This document shows positions 37,596 to 49,800 of a stretch of 64,000 nucleotides of DNA, piece after piece. The notes under the pieces are model-generated. The model was not told where the DNA came from and searched no databases. It was given only the letters and a program-made list of their open reading frames with translations. Source of the stretch: Marsupella aquatica (Eukaryota > Plantae > Marchantiophyta). Position 1 is the first letter of the stretch; every line of letters begins with the position of its first letter. Where the stretch lies: NCBI GenBank assembly GCA_973895155.1, contig OZ316894.1, forward strand, positions 22,812,609-22,876,608. Reading direction: 5' to 3'. The translations under genes and the position numbers were made by a program.

Positions 37596-40500
37596 ATTTT
37601 ATTTGCCTCAATTGAAAAACATGCAATCAAGTATGAAACTCTCATGAGCCTTCTCTGCTACCGAGACAAACCCCCACCCACAAACCCCCACCCTTCCTGA
37701 TGAATATTTTAGTAAATATTCACAAAAGTATCAGTAAGTAGCTAAGTGGCCTTAAGATATCTTGGTAAGAACAGCTTTAATGATCTTCCCAGTATAAGAA
37801 GGATGCAATGAAATCTAGCTTCTTATGCATCAATAAAAGCAGAATCTGTGAATTAATCTCACTTTCAGATTCTACAGTAAAGCAGCACGTGGAGAAGTCA
37901 TCAAGCATTGTGGATACCAGGCCTACATGTTTTATTCATGTTTTTGTATAGTTTTGAAATGTGTGCCTTGTTGAATTTTGATGTCCTTAATTTCTACCTG
38001 TTCCAACCCCTGATTTTACCTTCTGTATACTTCCAGCAAGCCAAACTAGAGGCATTGGGCATACACAATCCTTCACAATTTCCAATTCTGACTAGGACCG
38101 ATTTGGATGCTACAGTTTCCAGGCCTCTGGTACCCCTCACGTCTAAGGAGAATGAAATCTTGATCATCTCGAAGAATGATCATAACTCTTGAACTCAAAA
38201 TAATAATTCAATTCAAACAGCATCATTGTGGAATGGGGAATGTCAAAGCAACCTCAGTTGAAATAGCACGAGCACAAATGGCGATGGCTATTCACACAAT
38301 CAATTGGACCTACATGACTTCAATGTTGTTTATTTCCCTTGCAATTTGTCCTTCCTGACGTTGGGTTTGGTTTTATTTATCTGCCAACAAATTGGACACA
38401 TTGACCATTACTTGTTGCCAGTTACACCTTTTTCATTAGAATATGCCTTGTGATGACTTTTCAGTTCCCACAATCATCCACCCACTAAATTAAGATGATG
38501 CAATTCAAGTTCTTTCTGGGATTCTTTCCAATCTAAGTTGTCGGTGCCAGGTTCCATCATTCTCCTTCTGCCTCAAGGATAGGCGCTTGCTAATAGGGCT
38601 CCTCCATTGAGTTCCTACTTGATGATTATCACTGACTAGCTTCTCTATCGAGCGAGCCACAAACATCCCATTGCACTTCGTGCTTGTCCATGCACAGTTA
38701 TAGATCCTGGTGACATTGGCCACACTTTGGGACTGCAAAACCAAATCCTCCCACTATTATTCTGACCATTTGTTGATGGTACTCTAGTTCAGGCTTACTC
38801 GTTGGTGGCTTTTCAAAGATGCCCCAATATTTTACCACTGTTGGCATCCTTTGGATGAGAAATTCTGGCGTGACCTCATGTGGAGACCCCTAGTCACCAG
38901 AATGCAGGCACCCCTCCATTGGACAAAGGTAAACCGCAGGAAAATTAAATGAGGTGTGAATGGGAAATTCTTGCATGGGAAGCCAACAATTGCAACAATT
39001 GGTACTTTTGTTACCAAATTTTCTTCGATTCTCTCAATAAGTCTCCCATGTTTGCGGATCCTGATCACAAAGCTTACAAATCCCCTTAACCTCTCTAAGT
39101 TTGGGGACTGTTTCTTGATTCAATTGGGGTTCTCAACCTTCTTCAGCTCACAATGGCTGGCCGCAAATAACCTTTGTGAACTAAAGTAGGATTTACATTT
39201 TTCATATTGTTCTGAGTACAAATACGGTGCACATAATTTCCTTAGATTAGATAGTAGTAACAAAATTGGCTATGTATTTAATACAAAATGTACTACAAGT
39301 ATTTAAAAGATCTACACAATTTTGGAAAATAATACAGTTGGCTCTGTTAAATGGTATTGACAGTGGGCCGAAAGATAGGGGAGAGTGTTTTCTTTAAGAA
39401 TTTTCTCAGTAGCTGAAGTGGTAACAGCCCATTTTTCAAGCAAGAAGGACTGGTGACCTTAGTTATGGAACTATCATTCAGGAGGGGTAGCAATCTCTCC
39501 CTAACCCAAGGGTCTATTTTTGTGGCAAACAAGAGCTATATTTGATATGATTGGACCAGAAGCAATTCAGAAAACTTTTTCTTCTAGAAAGAAGATGAAA
39601 GCCCCCCTTAGAAATCAGATTATTTGGGGAATACCGGAGATCGAGCTTCCCCAGCACACAGCTGGGATCCATAAGGATAACATTCTCTATGGCTTGTAGG
39701 ATGTCTTGGCCTGACTAGGTCCTCCTTTTGCTGTAAGCGGGCTTCCACACCTTGAGGGTGCCTGCCCTGTAATTTTTATATGCTCCTGGTCTGCCCTCTG
39801 ACCTTCTATGAAGCATTTCCCTCTTTTATTTAAAATTTTAATAAAATCCCCCAAAATGGAAAATTTCAGAAAATAGGAGATTGGCGAGTGATGGTGGGGC
39901 CTGTGGGTCAGGGTGACGACTTGGCTCCCCAAGTTATCAGAATTTCTGACAAATTGGCCGAGGCTCAGCTATGTTTTCTGTCTAAAAAACTCAAAACTTC
40001 CCTTTTGTTGAAATTAATTATGCCAGAGAACATGAGCCGAATTTTTGCTAAAGAAATATAACCTTGGTAAAAGCAAGTTATTTGTCTAAAGAAAATATAT
40101 AAAGGTGAGGGACCAATTTATTATAATAGCAAATAAACAAGGTTGGGTGCAACTAATACCCTTTTCCAAGTGTACTCAAAATGTACTGTTGGACAGTGGG
40201 TACCTCAGGAATGTTTGTCATGTTTGGTTCCAATTTCCACTCATGGCTCATGGAGGTCGAAGATGCAACACTTCCGATGGTCACAATGTTCTTTGAAGAG
40301 ATATTAATTTATTTTTTAAAACTTGTGGTTAGCCTTGGTCCTCTTTAAGTTTGCAAGAATGAATGTTATCAATCTTGCTGTTGCCTCTTAGACTTACCAA
40401 TTGACATACTTTTGCGGTTGAACGCAAGCACAGATTCTTCTGATGATCTACTGCTGATTGCTCAACTTTGTCGCATTTCTGCATCATGGGAGTTGACAAT

Positions 40501-42716
40501 GCTACTACTAGCCTAATGTATATACCTTTGTTGCTGTGGCTCAAGCTTTATATGATTGCTGATTGCTCAGAGTGGGCATTGCCCAGTTGAAAATCATATG
40601 TTTGTGGGGGGAATTTCACTCCCAAGCAGAAATTTCCAAATCAGAGAGGTTGCCAGCACAACTACATATGCAGACGTTGCTGGGTTACTTTATGTCAGGC
40701 GGAACGTCGTATGGACATGCTAAAACGTCCCGGAAGTTGTTCATAATGTTTGCGTCCTCCCATACGGCAATTAGAGTACTTCGTCTCACAAGTGATCACT
40801 TCCAATTTTTTGATTTTCAACTTGACTAGGCAGCTGAGTTCAGAGAAATGCTATCTTTTGTGGTTTTCTAAACTGAAGTGATGATTGTGGTCTAGAAAGA
40901 TTTGATTTTACAATTCCGTCCTTCCTCACTGAACTAAATGAGTGTGTCTGACTTCATGACGTGATGGCTTGATTATGCATAAGAAAGATCAAGAAGGTGC
41001 TTTAGTGCTTGATTTGTGAATATTCATTGTAGTCTTGATCTCTGGGGCACATGGAAGGGGAACCATTTGCATTGAAGTTACTTAAAATTCTCACTATATA
41101 TATAGCCTCAAATTTACTCCACGTGTACACATGATTATGCAATTATTGTAAAAGAGGGTAAGAAGGTAATTGCCTACATATCTAGTATGAAAGATTCAAC
41201 AATTGCCCTTATTTCAAAGACAGTAATAGGCCAGGCACAACTGCCAAGTTCTCTTCAGCTTTGTGCATTTTATCTGTTGACCTTTATGCAGTGTTCCAAA
41301 TTTTATTTGGAAATTGAAAGATATTACCAGGAGAAACAATTGAGAAAGAATCAGTACTCAGAGCATTATTTTCCGCAAAAATAGAATGCACTCAACACCT
41401 GGTGTGAGACATCCATGGTTTCAGTGGGAATGAATTTTGGCCAATTCTTCAACATTTATAAATACCTTGCTAAAAGCACTCAAGGCATCTATTTGGAGAA
41501 AGTCTTAATCTTGCACATTGATTCCATAGTAGTAGTTGTATGAAATCGGGTAAGAAATCAATGACTACGTAACTTCACAAGTTCCTACTTTTATTTAATT
41601 GGCCATACCTGACCTCAACAATTTAATTAGTTTAGATCAAATTAATGAATTCAACAAGACTGTTCAAAGCTATTTTATATGTTCAAGAGGAATACTTGGC
41701 TAAACCAACACATGCCAAAACGTATTTGTGAAAGGGAATGGCGATGGATTCATTGGTTGTGTAGCAAAGATCATCCCAATTACTGGCGAGCAGAACTGTT
41801 TGTGAAAATCTTTCATATATATGTAAGAGTGTCAACATGAACCTACAACCCTGTTCCAGCTCGTTTGCCTCATATATTTCATGGACCCCTTCTTAGAAAA
41901 CACCCTGCAACTTCTGAGGGAAGGAATTTACTACTTCCAAATATTGCATTAAAACTGTGGAGTGAGGAACTAAGTTTCAGGCAAAAATATGTCTTTTTCT
42001 CCATATGATGAGATTCAAGAAGATGAATTCTCAAATTTTGTTTGGAGCACATTATTCTGACTAGTAAATTGTAGTTTGCGATTGTCATTGAATTATTTAG
42101 AGCTTGTGTCAACCCTTCATATCCCTAGTTTTGGATCACATCTTGAACTCCACTTCAAAACATTCACTACTGATGTTGCCTCAATTCTACAACTTTATTA
42201 TTTCCTCTGCATATATTATAGACATTTCCTCATTAAGACTTCACACTCAAAAATAGGCCCCAGTCTCAATGTACAATGCTTTCATATTTTAACTACAAAT
42301 CTCAAGAAATGTTGGATTGGCACGCAGTATTAAGCACTATCCACCAAACTGCCTGAGGAGGTTTTGGCCCCGCAGGTAACCTCATTGGCAAGATGGATAT
42401 TACATTTCAATGAAAATTTGCAAACATCCCATTAACCTGTCACAAATGGCATCTCCAATCCGGGCTCCAATTCAATTCACCAATTCAAACGCAAGAATGT
42501 TATATGTATTCCCCAAAATTGTGTGCTCCTCATGGAGCATTACTTTAGCTTTTCCTTGACCTTATCTCTTGCTTTTGTATCTTTCATCAGGTTTCTGTGT
42601 AAAGGTTGTTGTCTTGTCTTTCACCCACGATGGATTTCTTGAGTAGTGGTGCTTCTCTAACAGTCGCTTAAGATCAAAATCAGGGGCTTTTGGCTCACTT
42701 TGGTTGAAGAGTATAG

Positions 42717-43466
42717 TTACCTTCGTCTTCTTCTTGGGCTTCTACTCTTGCTCTTGCTCCTACTTCTATTTCTATTTCTATTCCTACTTCTGCTTCTACT
42801 CCTGTGTTTACGAGGGCTCCTGCTTCTGCTCCGACTTTCACGGATTGTGATGCCAAATCTTCGGTTTGCACCACCACGAATGACTCTTAGTCGTTCAAAG
42901 TGCTTACAAAATGCTCTTGTGAGTGTGTAGTGTTTGCTACCGACCTTGCTTTCATAGCAATCCAGCTTCTTTTTTGAAATCAGCTCAGACAAACTGGCTT
43001 GAAGGTTCTTTTTGAACTTTCTTCCCAACTTCAATTCATACCAATCTTCAATGTTCCGTACCATGGCCCTTTTGCTGAACCCATGGTATCGTTTCCTGTT
43101 GCGGGTTCTTCCACAATTTAAGCGAAGGAGGGCGTCATGGATGAGATGGGCAAATGTTGCATGATGCTTCTTTCGCATAGCTGGTGTAGAACCCCCCCTC
43201 CATCGCCCCCTTCTCCCCTTTCTTGTGGGTATTTTTCTTCTTTTCCATCGATGATATCTCTTCTTTAATTTTCTCTTCTTCCTAGGATGCTTTTGTTTTT
43301 TGCCGTGCCTCGTCTTTAATTTTGTTTCCTGTGGACCTCCTTTCTCATCACCCTCTTCCTTAGGTTTCTCTGGTGGTGATCCTTCCTCTAAATTCCCATC
43401 TGGATTTGGACCTTCAGGTGCTGTAGCTGGGGCGTCAGCCCCTTGAGGATCACCACTACCACTCAT
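42717..43466 (-). CDS. Divergent H1 winged-helix protamine-like protein (type B3), ~249 aa
   Basis: ATG at 43466 (the ORF track starts at a GTG). Acidic/Pro N-terminus, basic segment, HATFAHLIHDALLRLNC..GFSKRAMVRNIEDWY..ASLSELISKKKL, then an RS-repeat tail. The stop overlaps a possible AG|GTAACT splice donor, so the C-terminus is uncertain. Confidence 0.85.
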   Translation of the reverse strand: MSGSGDPQGADAPATAPEGPNPDGNLEEGSPPEKPKEEGDEKGGPQETKLKTRHGKKQKHPRKKRKLKKRYHRWKRRKIPTRKGRRGRWRGGSTPAMRKKHHATFAHLIHDALLRLNCGRTRNRKRYHGFSKRAMVRNIEDWYELKLGRKFKKNLQASLSELISKKKLDCYESKVGSKHYTLTRAFCKHFERLRVIRGGANRRFGITIRESRSRSRSPRKHRSRSRSRNRNRNRSRSKSKSRSPRRRRR

Positions 43467-44372
43467 GTTAGACTCCCCTTCAATTTCTCTCAGGGATCCC
43501 ACGTGTCAACCCTACAACTCATTGATGATTACTGGCATCACAAAATCTTGCTTAGCTGATTGCTTTGCTTGATGTGTCCCTTCGTGTCATCATCAGCTGG
43601 TGCTGTCTAATGAGTGTAACATTTTTGTCATGTGCCACAATTACAACCTCCACATGAGGGTCATGTGTACATACCCCTTGAGTCAATCCAAAATTGAGTG
43701 TGGAGGGCACAGATGATTTGCAATACTCTCACCTAGCAATTTGATTGGCTATCCAAAGGTTGGCAATGACATATAGGTTGGATCACCATATGAAAGGGTA
43801 CTATAGGGTTCTAGCTTAATTGGTGACTCTTGAAGTGTACCCATTGTTTCTAGTGACTAGAGCCGTTGGATGCTATGACACATCATCAATCCAAAAGCAA
43901 TGGCTCATCTAGCGGCTGAGATTAAGCCTGACTGTGAAAGATGGTGAACATTGAGAGGGAATTGTGGAGGGGTGGTGGACCAATCTGTGGGTGCTGCATC
44001 CTATGTTAGTGATTGGTAACTATTGGCAGCAACCTTTGGAAAGAGTTGCTGCATTTGAGATCTCCCTATATGTTATAAGAGGACCTCAATTCTGGTTTAT
44101 AATTTTTGGTCCATGTGTTCTTTGTAGGTCTTCAATGTTGTTTTTGTAATTCTGCTTATGCATTGTTTTATTTTAGGAACAATGGTCATAGTTTAGACTC
44201 TAGTTAGTTCACCCTTCCCCCTTCCTTTTTTTTCCTTTAGAGTCAGATTTTTGGTTCCTACTCCATCCATAAGCAACTTCCACAACATTTATGTAGTGAA
44301 GGCTACAATTAAAGCAAGCTGGCGTTGTTAACTGCACCTTCTAGTGCAGGGTGTGAGAAAGTTGCCACAACC

Positions 44373-44969
44373 ATGAATGGGGGTGGGGATTTGATGATGG
44401 GGGATCCATCAGGGTCCAAAGGAAAGGGGAAGAACTTCCAGCACCCCACTTATGCACATTTGATTCATGATGCAATCAGCACACTTAAGCAAAGGGGTGG
44501 GTCAAGTGCCATTGCCATTCGTAAAAATATTGAACAAAAAATGGGACCTGTGTTGGGACCTAACTACAAAAAAATTGTTGGTTCTACTCTCTCCAAACTT
44601 GCAAAGTCTGGGAAGCTGATAAAGACTGGAAACACTTTCAAGTTGAGTCCTGAATTCAAGCAAGAGCACCTGAGACGTCGTAGACGCCATCATCATAAGA
44701 AGAGGAGACGACACCGAAGGCGCAGGAGGCGAAGAAAAGGACGAGGGAGGAAGAAAAAGAAGGTTCACAGGAGAAGGAGGAGAAGAAGAAGAAGACGAGG
44801 AAGAAAAGGAGGCAGGAGGAAACGCAGACATAGACGCAGGAGAAGATCACATTCTCCCAAACATAAGCATCGGCGCCGACGCAGGAGAAGAAGAAGAAGA
44901 TCAAGGTCTCGAAGGAGAGGAAGATCTCATGCTACAGGTTGGAAGAGAGAGTTTGTCGTTATTGCCTAA
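44373..44969 (+). CDS. H1-like protamine precursor (short type A2), ~198 aa
   Basis: ATG at 44373. HPTYAHLIHDAISTLKQRGGSSAIAIRKNIE..KTGNTFKLS is nearly identical to A1. Poly-Arg/His/Lys tail. Confidence 0.92.
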   Translation: MNGGGDLMMGDPSGSKGKGKNFQHPTYAHLIHDAISTLKQRGGSSAIAIRKNIEQKMGPVLGPNYKKIVGSTLSKLAKSGKLIKTGNTFKLSPEFKQEHLRRRRRHHHKKRRRHRRRRRRRKGRGRKKKKVHRRRRRRRRRRGRKGGRRKRRHRRRRRSHSPKHKHRRRRRRRRRRSRSRRRGRSHATGWKREFVVIA

Positions 44970-46853
44970 AGCACTCCCAATCTTTAAAAAAAAAACAAGC
45001 AGTGACAATGTCAATAAGTCCACTATTAATAGAGCCATGATCGGCACATGAGATAAGCATCTATGGACATCACTCTAAAATGGAAAGGCTCCTATGTACC
45101 CAAAACTGACTTTAACTAGTAAAAAAGCAGATACATTAGTTCAACATATCTTGCTTTGTTAGAATCAGTAGAGAACAGGCTTATGGCATAATATAATAAA
45201 GGAAGAAATAATACTTTTATGACTAGTAGGTGGTATAAGAGTCATAAGTTTATAACTATTTCCCCTTTGCATGTTGACCATCGAGAAAATATTTGTGGGC
45301 AATTAAGATTTCATAACGTTTAGAAAGCCACATAATCACTTACAGAAAAATGCCCCTCGAATATCCTCACTCATAATTAAAATACTGGAACTTTAGTCGC
45401 ACCTATGTCACCCATAATGAAATTGGCTCGACTGAGTCCTACAACCTTTGATGATGACAATGCAGGAACACGCTCACCCAGCAAACGAGCTGTGGAAGAG
45501 TTGAACGATTAATGAGACTTGGTGGGAGACAAGCCATTGAACCTACAGACAAATCTTAATGAATTCATAGCAGAAACGTTGATGATCAATCTTACACTAG
45601 ATAAATAATACAGAAGGGATTGATACGTCCATATGGAAAACCCATTCTAGATCACATCCAACAATATGATGAAGTTTCTCTAATATAGAATCAGTTATGA
45701 GTCTCTTCTTCAAGTGTAATTGAAGAAAACTATGACAGCAAACTCTAAGCAACAGATTCTTATCTTAATAATCTAAATAAAGCGTGAACGCCATATTCTT
45801 GGGCTCTGCAGAGTATAACCAAATGCTACATTTTAGACACGTTTTTCCGTGTCTTCTGCAAGAGACCTTTCATCGTTTGGTGATTCTCATTTAATCTACT
45901 TTAGGTGGGGTAAGATGCGCTAGATTACATGATAACTGGCCAAGGTTATGCAAATGAAAAGTTTTATCTTGACGAAGTGCTAGCGTCTGTCTCTAAACTT
46001 GAAATTTGTTGAAGAGAAACCTACATTGGGCAAGATGGCCGCCTTCCAAATAGACCAAACTTTTCTCAGATGTTGCAAATGTCTTTTGCATGCACAACCT
46101 TGAAACAAAGAATATAGAAGTTGTGTTAAAGAGGAGACGGTCACACTTGGGTCAGTCTTGTCTGCTCATAAGAATCAATTGTGAGTTCTGTTGGTTCTTT
46201 AGAACAACTAAACATCTCGTCAATGAAGATCAACAAATCTCGAATCTCAGTGCTTGAAACCCGAACACTATGGTGTAGAGACTTCTGAAACATTTGTTGC
46301 TTTTCAACAAGAGTCTATAGAACTGAGCATTCATTCCTGAAAATAAAACGGTGAACGACTTGGGGGGGAATTGTTGCGTAGGTTGGATCACTGGAGAAGT
46401 AATCAAACAACCTGGATACAAGGGTACTATAGTCTGAATCAGATTCCATGAGAACTAGGAAAATGGTCGCAAAGCATTGCTGTGAGCACAATCATGTAAA
46501 GAATCACTATTGTGATAACGTTCGCGACCTCTTCACAAAATCGTCACGCCGAAAATAGTGCTTACATCTTTGGTATTGATCTTTCATGTCCACAGATGGT
46601 AATTAGTATTGGCCTCACACATTTGAAATATACTTTGGCAAGCGCAGTACATATAAATTATCAATTGGATCTTAAAACCTGAAGTCATAGCTTACTCGCT
46701 TCAAACATAGCATTCTTCGCAGAGAGCATCACCGGGGTGTATCGAGACATTGAAGGAATCACTTTATTTACAATTACACTGATTGCGAGAACGCTATAGG
46801 TAAAAATGGAACTTTTTGACCAGTGGCGATAAAAGGTTCAATCGGCTCATACA

Positions 46854-49800
46854 TCATTGGTCCTCTAAAAGTTCCGAGTTAGTGCTGACAAAGAATACTC
46901 TACTCAGTCCCTGCCATCTGAAAACAACCACTCCTTTATATCCCGTTCGTGGCACTCCATCCTGACGAACACCGTACATGCAAGTTGCGTCAATGTCTTT
47001 CAGCAAACCCTTTCAGCGAAAGACTTACGTCATACCGATATTTATCTAGTGGACACTACTCAGTTCTTTAATGCAATGAATACAATAAAACTTCTGAATA
47101 GAGAGAGAACAAAGGAGAATAGAGGAAAGCGTGGGGAGCAGGACAAAGATTGAGGGCAGAAGTACAGCAAAAACATTGAGAAGAGAAATAACCAAGGCCT
47201 CGTTACACTTGCACAATCAAGAAGCAACAAGTCAGCACCGGAGGTGACTTCTATAGCTGAGGAAATTTAAGGCCTTCGTAATTACAGTGGCATAGGAAAA
47301 TGACAATTGAACCTTCACCAATTGTTAACGAGCCCCAATATGCTTGACGTAGACAGATCTTGACCGAACGTCACCTGGATAGCAAGAAAAAAATTAAGGT
47401 ACCTTCCATTCTTCGAAAACACCAAACTGTCGGGCCGCTTCCTCGAACATTCCTTGATGAACGTATTCAATCCGTACATCTGCTTCCAGCCTGGTGGCTT
47501 CCAAGGCAGCTCCTTCGAGACGGATTGGCATTGCTTCATTCATTACAGCTGCAAAGTCCTTAGAGTATTGGGGCTGCGTAAATCACCCACACAAATTCAA
47601 GTGGGAATCAGCCGGAAGAAATTACACACTTCACATCCCTAGTTTGACTAACTGTACCTGGTCTTAAACTGCCAGTACACCGTTGCGTTGGTATTATTCA
47701 AAACGAACAGCGAGTACTCAGAACTCCGCAAAGCCATGCCCTTTTCCCCTTAGTTTCCACATTAAATGTGGATCATTAGTACCTTGATTTTATCATAGTC
47801 TCTTTCCAGGGTTTGAGTTTGGTGTAGGTAGTTAATGCCACTACTTTCTTAGGTTTCTTTGGCATTCTCAGGACGTTTTTCTCCGTTTTTTTTGCTGTAC
47901 TTTGTTGACACAAATTCAGCAAATCTGTTCTTCCCTTTTCAAGATCGTACTGGCGTTGACTGCCAACTCTCCTGCTCTAACAGTTAGAGCTACCTCCAAA
48001 GAAAACCAGTGAAAAACGTTTCAAGATCGTAACAATTCGTATTAAATGACAGGGTCAATTTTATTAAACCGTTTCACAAGCCAACCACATTTTCTCTCTC
48101 CTGCACGAACTATCGCAAGAAGTTTGGCTCCTTAAACCCATTAAAATACATTTAAAAGGAAAGGGGAATTTGTACCTCGAGTAAATAGCTCAAGTCAGCC
48201 GTTTTCCAATCGACCTGCGCAGACGCAATGACAAAATCAATTTCTGAAGAACCATCCAACCCTGCTCGCTAGAAGAAGGCACTGAAGTTACCATAGACAA
48301 TGTGCTGAATAGAAAGCTTGCAAATAGGTCTCCACGAGACAGTTTCGGAGTGAGTTCTCAACAACTACTGTCTATTGGACTTGGGATCACAGATAAATTA
48401 AGAAGTTCAAATCAGACATAACAGAAACCTATCAAGTCATAATATATTATTAGAGAACTTTCACTAATCTCACTGATGCCAAATAATCCAGAAAGCCAAG
48501 CCGTTAATGTACTTGCATATACTATCCTTCTTACGAGACAGGGGAAACCTTACAGGTTCATCGTTGAGCTTGATAGGCGCCAGATACTGTTTAAAAAACT
48601 GCCCTTGGCTTGACCCCTGCCCAATGCAACAGATATATTTTCAAAAGCTGATTGGCCATTGCCAAATCTGCTTCTCCAATAAACAACGTAGCAAGTCGAG
48701 CTATCCACGTGAGAATATTACACAATCGACTTAGCGACACATCCAAAAACGAAAGGACACTATGGTTTATACGGGCACTGTCATCTAAGAGGTCCGGATG
48801 AAATTCATTTCTTAAAACCGCTGTAGCTGAAAACCTACTTCTAGAATTTGAAATGACATGTCAGTTTCTTTCAGACAGACGATCAAGCCATAGGAAAATT
48901 TGAAAAGGTAGAGAAGTCGTGCGCGAAGAAGTACATACTTGCTCGCCGAAATTGTATGTCCGGCATACTTCTGGTCTGATGAAATGTCTACCTTTCCGGT
49001 TAGCGCTCTGTCTCATCCAATCATCCCAATATGTGTGATAGAAGTTCAGGAAGTATGCATGTATTAAGGAGCAGCAGGCAAAAGGCATTCCCTAAGAGGT
49101 CATCTTGGTGAATACCAAATCCATTGGTAGATCTATCAAAAGTTTTGATACCTACCCATTTTTATTACCTCAAAAACAACAAAAAGAAGTTAACTTAGAG
49201 GACATCCAAGTTGCGACGGGACAGTCATTATCATCTAAACCTGCACGTTTGACAGCCAACTAACTAGAAAGCTAACTTTTGTCGATCCTCCAGTAACAGA
49301 ACGGTTGTAAAATGCATGATAAAGAGGATATGCATCGGGCCACTTAGGAGCCAGCTCATCCCAGATCGCTTTGTTTAGCATCCAGCCAAGACCTGGAAAG
49401 AAATCAGAACGATAAAGCTTCTCTGCCAATGACCACAAACGAAGGAGATATCAGCGATCAATATAGTTTAGTAAGACCTGTTTAGGATCTCCACATGAAT
49501 ATGCAATGTCGGGCTGATTTTCTCTATAAACACTTGCAAACGAGCAAAACTGAGGCAAGACACTCAGGAACAGAACCGGGCTCTTAAAGTTTTACCTGAA
49601 TCTTGAACAAATTGTTTCTGGCCATTGTCATTCCATGATGATACAGCCATGAGAGATCTGAGATTGGAATCAACCCGATAATCATTTCAGATCTAACGCC
49701 AAAGTCAGGAGGATAAAGAACATATTAATCAGGGCAGGGCAGGGCAGCTTCTACAGGTCCCCGATTGATAAACACTATTAAAGTACAATGATGAATTCGA

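Noticed and set aside
37400-42500. Missing type A partner of B2
   Set aside because: No GGSS/KLIKTG-like coding remnant was seen by eye; tBLASTn is needed to exclude it.
30107-44904. Poly-Leu/Phe/Ser/Pro and Gly/Glu-rich ORFs such as 30169-30474, 30348-30638, 36200-36538, 42700-42930 and 44502-44831
   Set aside because: Antisense or shifted-frame shadows of the (AGA/AGG)n tails of the H1-like genes.
26218-44969. SR splicing factors or ordinary somatic H1
   Set aside because: No RRM domain is present, and the tails lack the Lys/Ala/Pro composition of somatic H1.
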